A DNA stretch of 64,000 nt from the NCBI GenBank assembly GCA_028534125.1, contig CM052817.1, positions 38,442,001 through 38,506,000 on the forward strand, written 5' to 3'. The stretch is from Lama glama (taxonomy: Eukaryota). The translations under genes and the position numbers were made by a program. This document shows positions 63,665-64,000 of the stretch, piece by piece. Within the stretch, counting starts at the first letter, position 1; the number at the start of each line of letters is the position of its first letter. Below the pieces are notes generated by a model. It did no database searches. It was given only the letters and a program-made list of their open reading frames with translations, and was not told the origin of the DNA.

Positions 63665-63754
63665 CTAAGAAGACCAGCAACTCCCAAAAGATTCCCAAGG
63701 TAGTTGTTTTTCATCATAAATTCATTGCAGGCATAAACCATGCAGGAGAGATAC
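63665..63754 (-). other. Candidate exon, 90 nt
   Basis: Acceptor tatttgtggtcacaaattcag, donor TAG|gtgacg; phase 2 is open (YLSCMVYACNEFMMKNNYLGNLLGVAGLL(R)); phase 0 gives VSLLHGLCLQ*IYDEKQLPWESFGSCWSS*. Confidence 0.3.
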
Positions 63755-64000
63755 CTGAATTTGTGACCACAAATAAGAATAATAAAGTTCTCAAGAGAAG
63801 ATCGTATCAAATAATATCTCAGATACTGGAATGAAATTTTGACCTAATCAGAAATGTTTTTCCCTATAAAGAACCTACATAATAATATCAATTACCATAA
63901 ACTTGTATAGGTTCAGAACAAGGAGTGTTAGCTGATAAGATACAATGCTCAATAAAAGGATAAACTTGTCACCATTATTTCTTCACGACCCCACCCAACA

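Noticed and set aside
1..64000. CRISPR arrays, operons, rRNA genes, or known micropeptide genes (MRLN, STRIT1/DWORF, SLN)
   Set aside because: The DNA is mammalian with no spaced repeat array or rRNA similarity, and none of the translations I made match those peptides as I remember them.

Overview
AT-rich mammalian genomic DNA with three 500-N scaffold gaps. The young L1 3'UTR type and the tRNA-derived SINEs resemble camelid (alpaca/camel) repeats; this is inferred from remembered repeat consensuses and was not checked by search. Roughly half the window is interspersed repeats: L1 of several ages, L2, MIR, MaLR/ERVL solo LTRs, a long decayed Tigger1 plus a Tigger1-derived MITE, and SINEs. The long ORFs in the track come from N-gaps or repeats. 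I recognise no known protein-coding gene. By eye, the unique DNA holds many short minus-strand segments with plausible splice signals. Seven of them (22351->2506) join in phase into an 87-90 aa ORF beside a cluster of RFX X-box motifs. A second set (63754->50421) looks like exons of a gene tail or a decayed multi-exon gene. Both gene models are low-confidence hypotheses. Better-supported curiosities: a tailless 5'-half tRNA-Lys(CTT) retrocopy with a target-site duplication (TSD), two L1s stacked at one target site, twin-primed L1s, a local 35-bp templated copy, and a false 491-bp duplication across a gap.
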